Assembly (NCBI RefSeq): GCF_964355755.1
Contig: NC_092675.1
Coordinates: forward strand, 12,333,812-12,397,811
Direction: 5' to 3'
DNA length: 64,000 nt
DNA from: Antedon mediterranea
Lineage: Eukaryota; Animalia; Echinodermata
Below, in pieces: positions 1 to 10,466 of this stretch. How positions within the stretch are numbered: the stretch's first letter is position 1; every line of letters starts with the position of its first letter. A model generated the notes under the pieces. It had not been told where the DNA came from. It saw nothing but the letters and a program-made list of their open reading frames with translations, and searched no databases. The position numbers were made by a program, and so were the translations under genes.

Positions 1-1
1 C

Positions 2-373
2 ACCACCCGCCTTAGATTTCCTATTTCTAGAAAAAATATTATAACCCGGCATATCTGTTAGGGGATTATTGTCATACTGTAGCCAAGATTCAGTAATAGC
101 AATAACATCAAAGTCAAATTCAAGTGTAAGAAGAAAACGTTTTAAAGAATCCATCTTGCCCAAGAGACTACGTGTATTAAAATGGATAGTAGACAAAATA
201 TTTTTATCATTGTTATGCTTAGAGAAATTCTCTGAGAATGTTTCTGGATCAAAATAATTAGATTCATTTAAACTAGCATAAAATTGAGAGTGTGGATCAA
301 CATTTATATTCATGTTCTCGTATGCCACAAAAGGGTTAAATTTCACATCAGTTGTAGGGTTGGATTGGCACAT
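2..373 (-). CDS. LINE ORF2 N-terminus, apurinic-type (EEP) endonuclease, partial
   Basis: Manual translation MCQSNPTT...VDPHSQFY...STIHFNTRSLLGK...FDVIAITESWL...PGYNIFFRNRKSKAGG. Open to the window edge, so absent from the ORF track. Confidence 0.85.
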   Translation of the reverse strand, partial: MCQSNPTTDVKFNPFVAYENMNINVDPHSQFYASLNESNYFDPETFSENFSKHNNDKNILSTIHFNTRSLLGKMDSLKRFLLTLEFDFDVIAITESWLQYDNNPLTDMPGYNIFSRNRKSKAGG

Positions 374-725
374 TAATTATTATAGGTATCATAGATAATT
401 TAAACATTAGGTAAAAGTTAACAATAATATAATAAAATAAAAAACTAAATATAACAATAATTAAACATAAAACAATTCCGTTTAGTGCTGCCGTATTACT
501 AATACATAGGTAGCGTAAGCGTTGCAATCCCCGTGTATAAAACGGAGAATAATTTATTAGGTATGCAACCGGGTATGCAAAGGTATAATTTGCATAATGG
601 TACGTAGCGGACATGCTTGGAATTTAAACAAGCAAAGCCAGGTTAAATATACTGACATTACAAAATGAAAGAAGGCAGAAAAAAAGAAACCATTCATATC
701 CCAGTTCCTCAAAACACCGTAAAAG

Positions 726-1420
726 TTACTTGAATATATAGGGAGTCCCCGTAGAAGTTTGCCATTTACCAGCAGAGAATTTAAGTTTAGTTCCATTGTC
801 ATATAAAGCTTTAACTTGAAATTTCCATTTCTTCTTTTCTTTATAATCCACTAAGGTCAGATCATCTATCACGTAAACTGTTTATCTTGTAAGGCAATAT
901 TCTTCTGTTTCATGACTTGAACTTTAGAGTTATAACTAAGTAGTTTAATTATAATGTGTCGGGGCCTCACCGGCAGTAGCCCTACAGGACCGACTCGATG
1001 TGCACGCTCTATCGTTGGTATTTCACTAAATTCAAAGTTATCTATTAGAATGTTCCTGGCCAAGACAACATAATCCTCACCTGATTCTTCTTTAAGTCCC
1101 ACAATTCGAACGTTGTTACGTCGGCTGAAGCGTTCGGATTTGTTGGCCTCTAGTTCGAGCTTCGCAACCGTAGATGATAATTTATCAACCGTTTGTTCGA
1201 GTTGACCAATCTTGTTAGCCTTGATAATATCGTTTTCTTCGAGTGCTGCGATTCTGTCCGAGTTAAATCCAATAGCTTGGTTCAAATCCTCTTTAATTTT
1301 TGCCTGCCCATCTAATAATGATTTTAGGGAAGCATGTACAAAATTGTTAAAGTCCACAGGGTTGGAACAAGCACTTTCAATATCGGCTGGGCGAGAGCGA
1401 GTCTGGTGGCCATGATGCAT
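726..1420 (-). pseudogene. L1-type ORF1 (Transposase_22-like coiled-coil + RRM + CTD), copy b, one frameshift near 880
   Basis: SRRNNVRIVGLKE, IERAHRVG and PRHIIIKLLSY motifs. The C-terminus continues in another frame as YVIDDLTLVDYKEKKKW...FSAGKW...IFK* ending at 726. Confidence 0.8.
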
Positions 1421-1545
1421 ACACGCCGTGTAAATTGTAGTCAAATGAGGAGCGCTCGCTATACACGTCTTATCCTGAGCACGTCATTGATTGAATTGAC
1501 GGTAAGTAGAGTCAAAGTAAAGTTAAATTATTGCGACGACTAGAA

Positions 1546-2394
1546 TTACTCAGTAGCTTCGGGGGCATGTGCTTCCTTGAGGTTCGGGTAGTATTTGGCA
1601 AGATGATCCATGTCGATGAATGTGCGAACATAACCATTTGCATCTATGTAACGCAATATGTCAAGGTGGAGCCAGGCCTTTACTTTGTTAGAATGCAGGT
1701 ATTTCATCGATGAGTATAATGCCTTTCTTCTACTTATCACTCTGCTGGTAAAATCATCATTTACGTAGATGTTATTATCTTTAAATTTAGGTCTCACTTT
1801 TGGAGCTGCCTTGCGTACTCTTTCTTTAGTGGAATATCTGAGAAAGTATGCAACAAGTGGTCTCGGTTTATCCCTGGTGGTATTACGTGGTCCAACTCGA
1901 TGGGCTCGTTGTATATCATCATTAGCGATTTTGATGCCGGTGGTATTGGAAATAAATGTGGAAAGGAAATTAACAGTACCTTCGCTATCCTCCGCTTGTT
2001 CGGGTATGCCAGTAAACCTCAGATTGTTACGGCGTTGACGTCCTTCTAGGTTGTCGATTTTGTCGCGTATCTCTTCTATGCATTCCGTAGTGGATTGCTG
2101 CGTATCCTCGGCAATATCCTTCAGCTTAACATCCATGAAATCAGAATTTTCCTGCATATCGACGTGCAAATTGCTCAGTTCTTTTTGTAAACCGGTGATT
2201 TCAAGATTGAGGATGGTAATGTCTTTTTCCAAGGAGACAATCTTGGTGACTGCGTCGCATAATGTTGATTTAATATCAGCAATGGTTTTGCAGCCCATGA
2301 TTGACTTGATGAGAGTCGACAGCCAGGTGTTCGGTTCAGCGGCGCTAATATTTAAATTAGAAATATTTGGGTCATTGTTTTCCACGTTGGCCAT
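1546..2394 (-). CDS. L1-type ORF1 (Transposase_22-like), copy a, intact 282 aa
   Basis: Coiled-coil followed by LEGRQRRNNLRFTGIPE, IQRAHRVG, PRPLVAYF and IYVNDDFT motifs. Confidence 0.88.
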   Translation of the reverse strand: MANVENNDPNISNLNISAAEPNTWLSTLIKSIMGCKTIADIKSTLCDAVTKIVSLEKDITILNLEITGLQKELSNLHVDMQENSDFMDVKLKDIAEDTQQSTTECIEEIRDKIDNLEGRQRRNNLRFTGIPEQAEDSEGTVNFLSTFISNTTGIKIANDDIQRAHRVGPRNTTRDKPRPLVAYFLRYSTKERVRKAAPKVRPKFKDNNIYVNDDFTSRVISRRKALYSSMKYLHSNKVKAWLHLDILRYIDANGYVRTFIDMDHLAKYYPNLKEAHAPEATE

Positions 2395-2596
2395 TGTAGA
2401 TGTTTAGTTAGAATAAATAACAAAAGTGTACCTATATTTAATGCAACCGATACGTTCACTATCCAGGTAGGTATACAGGTCTCATGCAGTTAGTAGCTTA
2501 TCCTTGCAACATGCTATCACAGGTAAGCGAGTACTGTATCTAAAAACGTATACGTGTGAGAGCTCCGCTCAAACACGTCTGCACTCGACGAAGGAC

Positions 2597-3245
2597 AATA
2601 CACTACTCAATTCCCGACTAAACGCCACACACTATCCGTGTCGCCTACACGTATTTGTATCCTTCCCGTCAGTTTATTCATAAGGGAATTCAATACCAAA
2701 TGCAATTGACCAAATTGAGTTTTTAATATCTCTAAGGCCTGATCATACCCCTTGTCCCCCAACAATGTACAAGCTTCAATAGATGCCCTAGCTTCGCCAG
2801 TGCAAAACTGTACGATTCAAACGATAATTTAAGTTCACTAATAGCATTAATACTAGATTTGTCAAAGTTACTTTTAGTGTCCATATTACCCTTAACATCT
2901 GAGCGGTCTCGTTTCTTGTCCACGGTTTCGGCATTTTCATTCTTCGTCAGTTCCAACTTCCATCGGGCACTCTTCACTACTTTCAACAGCTCCACCTGAC
3001 ACTCCTCCATCCATTTTTCGGTGTCCGCAAATTCTTCGTCACTTTCTGTAAATGCTACAAATGCTTCATGAATGTCCTCCAGTTCTGCCACCTGTGTCTC
3101 GAATTTCTTGAGCAGCTTTGCTATTTCTTCAATGTCTAGATTGTCATCTTCTTGCGACAGCACCTTAATGATATTTAATGTTCTCGTCAAATGACCTTTT
3201 TTGTTTCTGTTACTAAGCTTTACTGCAGCCTTCCTTTACTCCATT
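2597..3245 (-). pseudogene. BEL/Pao LTR retrotransposon gag remnant
   Basis: KGHLTR...helical N-terminus (ORF 2732-3190). In another frame QFCTGEARASIEAC...GYDQALEILKTQFG (DUF1759-like). Confidence 0.75.
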
Positions 3246-3322
3246 ACGATGCGTTTTCAAACAGTCTGCGGGTATAGCACAAATTCCAATAACCAAATTC
3301 CACTTGTTTTGTTTTATTAACC

Positions 3323-3336
3323 CCGCTCTGCTACCA
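3323..3336 (-). promoter_or_regulatory. Primer-binding site complementary to initiator tRNA-Met 3' end
   Basis: Minus strand TGGTAGCAGAGCGG, 4 nt after ...AAACA (LTR end) and upstream of gag. Confidence 0.75.
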
Positions 3337-3784
3337 TTTTTGTTTCGGAGTCTCAAAACAAACGTAGGCCCCAACTGTAATAAACTGAATTGACTGGTCG
3401 ACAAACACATACATTAAACGCATCACCACAATAATTGTTTGGTGTCGTCGAAGCTTCCATTTATTTGTTGTATTGGCTACACCCAGCACGAAGCTCAATT
3501 GTCGACTGACCAGCACAATAACCTGTGCAATGTTTTATATAGCTAATTTGCATAAATAGATGGTAAGCTCGCTTCGCTCGCGTACCATCTAGGTCGTGGC
3601 CACAGATGGTTCTCGAATACATAATAATTTCAGCGTTAAAAAACTGGCGATTTCAAATGTACGTACCGCAGGACAATAATACATTTCGTTTACAGCCTAC
3701 AGGAACGAATAAATAGACACTGTAATTTATGTACTCAACTAAAATTAGCACCATGGGAATTACTTCCGAAAGAATTGAATTGAA

Positions 3785-4087
3785 ATTTATATTTATACTG
3801 GGTAACCTCTTCAGTCAAAGACTGGTCTCCCAGAGGGCTCAGTTGGTGATCAGTGGCTGTGATGTACTAATACACCGGGGTAACCCCCTACTCGTCTCGA
3901 AAGATGTACTAGGTTCTTTAAAGTGCACACGAGCTAGATGTGTACACTGGACCTACGGTTTATAGTCCTTATCCGAGAAGACTCGTTCTACCACCAGAAC
4001 CATGGAGCGAGTGAGCCTCGAACCCTTGCCGATGTTATGGCTACGTAATTACGGTTCCACTGTCTTAACCGCTCGGCCACTCACTCA
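3785..4087 (-). mobile_element. tRNA-derived SINE
   Basis: A box TGGCCGAGCGG (4079-4069), B box GGTTCGAGGCT (4024-4014), AT-rich tail. Absent from Helitron copy 2. Confidence 0.75.
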
Positions 4088-4247
4088 CAAACTTGTCACA
4101 AAATGAGACCAATTGTTTAAGTCAAATTTAAACAAACTTGATTTGTGTTTTGTATGTAACATTAGGGTTGAGGGATGGGGAAGAGGATGGGTGCAAAGAG
4201 AAACAATTTTTAAATATTATTCTTTATCCATTTAGTAACGAAATATT

Positions 4248-4553
4248 AATTGAACTTATTCAACCTTATGTTCCTAAGCGGTCTCTGAGATCTAGATCTG
4301 AGTTTTTTCTTGCCCATATATTTCATCCTTCCACTAAGTTTTATGGAAATTGTTCATTTTCTTCGGCATCCGTTTCTCTATGGAATGCGTTGCCTATTGA
4401 AATTCGTCAGGCTACTTCCACCAGTGTCTTCAAATCCCTCCTCAAAACCCACTTTTTAATTTGTAAATTTCTAAATTGTTCTGTCTTTGTAAAGCGCATT
4501 GAGGCTTTCAGCATACTGCGCTATATCAAGTACCAGTTATTATTATTATTATT
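4248..4553 (+). mobile_element. 5'-truncated L2 LINE 3' end
   Basis: YVPKRSLRS...SFSSASVSLWNALP...FKSLLKTHF, then 3' stem-loop AGCGCA..TGCGCT and (TTA)n tail. Confidence 0.85.
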
Positions 4554-5658
4554 GTTTTCATGTTTTACAAATAATATACCACTAAACACAGTAAAACATT
4601 GAGATGTAATACTTTGTTGAAACTATCACCGTCCTAGTCGATTGAAATAGTACAGTAGCCCCTACATGTAACGATACATCACTACGACGTGTATATGTTT
4701 ATATAATGTAAAACAATTTGTGAAAACCACCTCTATTCGGGGAAAATCATAAATTCGATTTAATCGTCAATAAATATTAAATTATCTAACTCAACTTAAT
4801 TAGTAGGCCTAATGGTTTTCAATTGTTTCCTAGAGCCCATTCATACTTAAGTTGGTTCCTACCCTACCCACCAAAGTTGTTCTGCGTTTAGGGCATGTGA
4901 TGTACCGTAGGCCTATCCTCTACTGGTTTTACAACGCTACTCATGCCAGTGAGGGAAGGGTGATGATGTGGGTGGTTTAACTGCAATAATAAAGATTTAT
5001 ACATAATATACGGCGAGTGAAAACGCTAGCTCTTTATCCGTTAAAAAAAAAATTATATCCAACCTCTGCAGCACAGATTGAAAAAAAAATGGATCGAATT
5101 TCTGTTATGAGTATACAGTACTTGCCTTTACGACGCCTGAGGGAATAGACACTTGTGTAATCAATACATTTGTATAAACGTATATTAAATCTATCAAAAT
5201 AGTATTTTTTAAAGAAAATCGGCCTGTCTTCAACATTATGATGCTGTACTCGAGCTGTTCAACCGGTTTTCAGCCATTAAAAACAATTATCGTAGGAAGA
5301 GATAGGAAAATGCGAAGCATCCTCGTATTATCGTCCGCGGGTATTTTTCAAGACGGACATCAATTAGACAGTGTATACCCCGATCAAAAAACACCCCTAT
5401 TTGGGGCAAATCGTTGAACCTAAATTCGTTTTAATCGTCAATAACTAATTATCGAACTCAATTTAATTAGTAAACAGGGTTACATCAGGCGGTTAAAATC
5501 AGTACCGAAAGTACGAACCAACTTTATATACCATCGAGTAAACATTCTAGAAATAACGCGCGATTTACCGAATTTTGCCCTTACGTAAATTTATATATAG
5601 AAGGTGTAACAAAGAACAATACAGTAAGCTCTACTGCACACTGATGTATTCACCTTCT

Positions 5659-6185
5659 GAACACTCGTACCTGATTAATTTGGCTAACTTGTATTAATTG
5701 GACAACCCGTACCTGATTAATTTGGCTAACTCGTACCTAATTAATTTGGACAACACCTACCGAATTAATTTTGACAACTCGTACCAGATTAATTTGGACA
5801 ACCCGTACCTGATTAATTTGGCTAACTCGTACCTAATTAATTTAGACAACTCCTACCTAATTTATTTGGCTAACTCGTGCCGGATTAATTTGAACAACTC
5901 GTACCTGATTAATTTGGACAACTCGTACCTAATTAATTTGGACAACTCGTACCTGATTTATTTGGCTAACTGGTACCCAAAAAATTTGGCTAACTCGTAC
6001 CTGATTAATTTGGCTAACTCGTACCTCATTAATTTGGGTAACTCGTACCTAATTAATTTGGCTAACTTGTACCTAATTAATTTTGACAACTCGTACCTGT
6101 TTAATTTGTACAACTCGTACCTAATTTAATCGGGTACAAATTAATTAGGTATGAGTTGTCCAATATAATCGGGTACGAGTTGACA
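5659..6185. repeat. 24-bp minisatellite (AACTCGTACCTGATTAATTTGGCT/GAC), ~20 copies plus inverted terminal copies
   Basis: Directly visible. 8-aa periodicity in ORF 5698-6129. Reverse-complement units at ~6130-6185. Confidence 0.92.
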
Positions 6186-6935
6186 AATTTCCCTGTGGGG
6201 GATCAAGGGGATTTTTTAGAAAAATGACCACAATGTCTACTGTTTTAAATAAAATAATTACGCAATAATATTGCCACTAATGCACATATATTGTGTTAAC
6301 ATCATCTTATAGAGCAATACCAATAGTAAGTAGTTGTCAAAAAATAAAAGGGTAAAAATGTTGCCATTTTTTCGACACATTTACCAATGGGAACCAAAGA
6401 ATATTTTTTTTGAAAAATGGACAAAATTTCTACTGTTTTAAATTCAATAAATTCGCGATAATATTGACACTAATGCACATATAATATTGTGTTAACATCA
6501 TCTTATAGAGCCATAGCAACAAGTTATGTCAAAAAATAAAAGCGTCGAAATTTGGCTATTTTTCGCAAATTTCCCTTTACTATAATAGTACAGAGATTGT
6601 TTTTCGAAAAATGGGTAAAATTTAAACTTTTTAAAATTCAATAATTATGCGAAAATATTGTCATTTATGGACATATATTGCGTTCACATCATCTTATAGA
6701 GCCATAATAACTAGTTATGTCAAGAAATAAAATGGTCGAAATTTTGCCATTTTCGACAAATTTACCAATTGGGGACCAAAGAATATTTTTCTAAAAATGG
6801 CAAGAATTTCTACTGTTTTAAATTCAATAGTTACGCGATAATATTGCCACTAATGCACATATATTGTGTAAACATCATCTTATAGAGCCATAACAACTAG
6901 TAATGTCAAAAAATAAAAAGGTAGAAATTTGGCTA
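6185..6935 (+). repeat. ~186-195-bp satellite ('sat190'), ~4 units
   Basis: CATCATCTTATAGAGC recurs at ~6300, 6496, 6687 and 6873. Confidence 0.9.
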
Positions 6936-7414
6936 TAAATTATAAAAAGAAAAGATGAGAAATTACGAAGCCAAGAAAAACAAATGCAAACCATGCATGA
7001 GTAATATCTTACACGAGAAGACTGACGAAAATATAAATTCTAATTTTGTTATTCTTTAGTATAGAAGAAAATATTGCAGAACCTGAAAATTAACATTATG
7101 TTGGTATTATATGATCAGACAACGCCAGGATCGCACCAAAAAATTGTCATTATTGACACAATAATTATTTTGCAAGTATTGGTATAGCAGAAACAATTTC
7201 TTTTTACAAACCGTTGAAGAGCAATGTTCACTTTAAATTATGCCGATTTCATCGTGATTGTTATACAGAGTTGAATTATTTTAAGAAGTAATATATTATT
7301 TGCATTGGATCACAATTGATTGAGGTGAAAAAAAAATTAGTTGAAGAAGATGGTCATTAAATGAATTATTAGAAGTGGAAATAAAACAATATAATAAAGA
7401 AGCTGAAAATAAAT

Positions 7415-8100
7415 TTTCATTTCATTTCATTTCATTTATTTTGTCTCATAATACAATATAAAAAACATGGACATGAACAAGAAAACATCACACAAAACCA
7501 GGCAGAGACAGGATTCCTAAAAAGCGAACTTAATCACTATCTAGTAGGTCTCCTATTGCACTGATTGTATAAAAACATTTAGAATAAAATTTGTATTAAA
7601 CATTAAAATTGCATATAATACTATATCAAATTAAATTAAAATATATTACAATATCATTAAAAATCGTCAATACATAGCAAAATCTTACTTAAAATATATT
7701 TTAAGCTTGTTTATAAAAGTCTTAATACCTGTATTTAAAATTAATGAATCCCTTATTTCTACCGGTAGTTCCTCCCATGCACGAGGAAATATGTGGAAAA
7801 TTGAGTATTTTAAAGAATTTGTCTGGGCGAAAGGGTGTACAAATATGAGATGATCACCGTGACGAGGGTTGATGGAAATATGGTTTAAAATGTCCACAGT
7901 ATATATGCCATAAAGACATTTGACAATAAATGACATGGATAAGAGTTGGAAACGTTTTTCAAGTGAACTTAACCCTAAAACATTAAGACGTCGTTCATAG
8001 GAAATATCCTCCTCATAGAAACAAATTTTAGTCATTCGGCGTTGGACTTGTTCCAATGAGTATAGATGTCCTTTTTGGGAAGGTAACCAAGCAGGTATAC
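7415..8100 (-). mobile_element. CR1/Jockey-group LINE 3' end (continues at 11388-11552)
   Basis: IPAWLPSQKGHLYSLEQVQRRMTK...SYERRLNVLGLSSLEKR; AATAAA(TGAAA)n tail. Confidence 0.8.
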
Positions 8101-8165
8101 TATTTTAAGTAAATTTTCTTTTGGATGATACAAAGTCGAATAAAATTCGTAAACTTACGTTTTTT

Positions 8166-8207
8166 ACTCTAGCTTTCGCTGGTCAACGACGCAGCTTAAT
8201 CATGAGT
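8166..8207 (-). ncRNA. Minimal type I hammerhead ribozyme-like motif, A3:U8 variant (inverted pLTR copy)
   Basis: ACTC-ATGATTA-A-GCTGcGTCgttGACCAGC-GAAA-GC-TA-GAGT, identical to the copy at 10423. Confidence 0.65.
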
Positions 8208-8233
8208 GAGTCTCTGTGACTTGGACTTGTTAA

Positions 8234-9110
8234 TGTGGGAAACCGGAAGTACCGATAGGGGGATCTATACTGTAACCATTCGGGGGTGACGGATATGCGC
8301 GGTAGAATAATTTAGACCGGAGTATATATAGCGGCCCGCACGTGGGTACAGGTTGTGCATATCCATCGTGGCTGAGTAGAGGCAGTTACTATACCATTTA
8401 AATTGTCAGTTATTCGTTTTCAGGTACGTTGTAATACTATATCATAGATTAAGATATGAATCATTGAATCAATTGTTGTATTTAGTCACGGTAATGAATA
8501 GTAGTATTGTATTAAACGTGTTATTTATGCTCATATATGTAATTGTAATTGATGGTAGAATGACTCGCCGATACACAGTGTGCGAGTTCGGATTACAATA
8601 TGGCGACCAATATAGTGGTCGTATGTAGTTGTGAATAGTATTATGTTAAGATTCTGGTTTACATGTTTATTAATAGATTGGGCTGAATGGCGATGAAGGT
8701 TTAGTAAAGATGTGTATGCACCATTCCAAAATGAACATCGTTTAATCCAGGTATAGATGTGGTTATCACTTGTTATATATAATTGATAATAATGTAACAC
8801 TTATGTGATGTGTATGTATTGTACTAAAGACAACGTAATGAGTATAGCAATGGTTTGTAATTGTTCAAATGTGGATTATTATGTATGTTTGTTTGTTGTA
8901 TTTATAGGTTTTTTTTTCCAAGAGATGGCCGATTGTGGCTGATACTGTAGTTTATATGTGATAAATGCCAGTGAATATAAATGTGAATCCGATAGTGGCG
9001 GATTGTAGTTTATGCGATCAATGCCTGTGAATATGAATGTGAATAAATGAAATAATGGAAATCAATGCTGCCTTTTTATGATTGTGTCCGACTGGTCTCG
9101 AACGACCACA
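8234..9110 (+). mobile_element. Solo LTR (877 bp, probably Gypsy-type), 4-bp TSD TTAA
   Basis: TTAA|TGTGG...CCACA|TTAA; TATA-like at ~8323, AATAAA at ~9042. Absent from the other pLTR copy (AGATCTAATG-GTAACAAG). Confidence 0.78.
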
Positions 9111-9465
9111 TTAACATTAGATCTCGTATATGGTATAGCGCCATCTATAGATCGTTTAGGATTTCCCAAATGGGATTGTCGGGGCCTCCTCTTTAGTAAG
9201 TTGTTGTACAATTTTGGGAGTTCCAAACCGCCGTCGTCTCTGTTCATAGTGTTACCATGTTTTCTTATTTTTATTGATTCTTTTAATTTCCTGTCTTTCC
9301 ATGATGATTCTGTGCCTAGTATTTTTACGTTCCAATTTGGTAAATGAGTGTGAGTGGTCATGTGATCGGTGATTAGCTCTCATTCCAGAAGGATCAGCGG
9401 AACATCTTAACTCACACTTAAACACAATTGACAAAACAGGTAACATAAAATGTACAACTGAGCAT

Positions 9466-10434
9466 ATGTCTAACAATACATTACCTTTCTTAGACATCAT
9501 AATTACACTGAACAATGGAGACCTGACGACGACAGTTTACAGAAAAAAGACCCACACAGACCAATACTTAAATTTTCACTCCTGCCATCCATTGGAACAT
9601 AAGTTAAGTGTGGTTAACACTCTGGTTGACAGATGTGAAAAAGTTGTCACCAAAAAAAACGAGAAACTAACAGAAATGAAAAAGATTAAACAGGCGCTCG
9701 TTGGGTGCGAGTACCCTAATTGGTCCATGGACAAGATAATCCAAACAAGATCGGAGAAAGGAAAACAAAATGTCAAACAAAAAACAAAAGATACAACCAA
9801 CAAAAACAAAGGTAACATAGGGATACCTTACATACCAAGAATATCAGAAAGAATTAGACGCTGCTTATCTAGTTACAATGTCAACACTTATTTTACTCCA
9901 CAAAACAAATTAAGAAGCCTTTTAGTTCACCCAAAAGACAAAATAAAAAATGATGACAAATCTGGTTTAATATACCATGTAAATTGCAACAACTGCAAAA
10001 AAGCATATAAAGGAGAAACAGCCAGAACTTTATCAACAAGAATAAAAGAACACAAAGCAGATGTCACTTCACATTGTACAGGGATCCTAACACGTTCAGC
10101 CAGAAATTCAGCTTCAGAAATTGTTCACAACTCAGCCATCACCGATCACATGACCACTCACACTCATTTAACAAATTGGAACGTAAAAATACTAGGCACA
10201 GAATCATCATGGAAAGACAGGAAAATAAAAGAATCAATAAAAATAACAAAACATGGTAACACTATGAACAGAGACGACGGCGGTTTGGAACTCCCAAAAT
10301 TGTACAACAACTTACTAAAGAGGAGGCCCCAACAATCCCATTTGGGAAAACCTGAACGATCTATAGATGGCGCTATACCATATACGAGATCTAATGGTAA
10401 CAAGTCCAAGTCACAGAGACTCACTCATGATTAA
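9466..10434 (+). CDS. Penelope RT C-terminus + GIY-YIG endonuclease (truncated ORF; frame open from ~9378)
   Basis: LPFLD, VYRKKTHTDQYLNFHSCHP, GLIYHVNCNNCKKAYKGET, RIKEH, SAITDH, KESIKI, MNRDDG. Confidence 0.9.
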   Translation: MSNNTLPFLDIIITLNNGDLTTTVYRKKTHTDQYLNFHSCHPLEHKLSVVNTLVDRCEKVVTKKNEKLTEMKKIKQALVGCEYPNWSMDKIIQTRSEKGKQNVKQKTKDTTNKNKGNIGIPYIPRISERIRRCLSSYNVNTYFTPQNKLRSLLVHPKDKIKNDDKSGLIYHVNCNNCKKAYKGETARTLSTRIKEHKADVTSHCTGILTRSARNSASEIVHNSAITDHMTTHTHLTNWNVKILGTESSWKDRKIKESIKITKHGNTMNRDDGGLELPKLYNNLLKRRPQQSHLGKPERSIDGAIPYTRSNGNKSKSQRLTHD

Positions 10435-10464
10435 GCTGCGTCGTTGACCAGCGAAAGCTAGAGT
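10423..10464 (+). ncRNA. Minimal type I hammerhead ribozyme-like motif, A3:U8 variant
   Basis: Stem I ACTC/GAGT, core ATGATTA, stem II GCTG/CAGC, GAAA, palindromic AGCT stem III, UA cleavage site. Sits at the 3' end of the Penelope ORF. Confidence 0.68.
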
Positions 10465-10466
10465 AA

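Larger units (their letters stand above)
1..2594 (-). mobile_element. 5' part of a non-LTR retrotransposon (Crack/CR1-L2 group-like ORF2 with L1-type ORF1s); runs off the left edge
   Basis: Minus-strand order is 5'UTR, ORF1a, ORF1b, spacer, APE endonuclease. The 5' end abuts the BEL gag remnant at ~2595. Confidence 0.8.
3556..5601 (-). mobile_element. Non-autonomous Helitron, copy 1 (hosts a SINE and an L2 fragment)
   Basis: 5' TCTATATATA. 3' hairpin TAGATGGTA..TACCATCTA with CTAG decayed to CTAT. Both ends near-identical to 12943-14014. Confidence 0.8.
3341..5611 (-). mobile_element. BEL/Pao 5' LTR (~225 bp: 5611-5602 + 3555-3341), split by a Helitron
   Basis: After removing the Helitron it reads TGTTACACCT...TATATAAAA...AAACA, with TGTT/AACA termini, followed by the PBS. 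Confidence 0.55.

Noticed and set aside
1212-2407. Several plus-strand ORFs antisense to the ORF1s (an ORF0-like gene?)
   Set aside because: Shadow frames of the coding strand with non-ATG starts and no motifs.
4005-4087. Possible tRNA gene
   Set aside because: A and B boxes are present but continue into a SINE body and tail within a Helitron.
5698-6129. 143-aa NSYLINLA/D repeat ORF resembling an LRR or ice-binding protein
   Set aside because: Simply one open frame of a 24-bp minisatellite; TTG start, no flanking domain or splice context.
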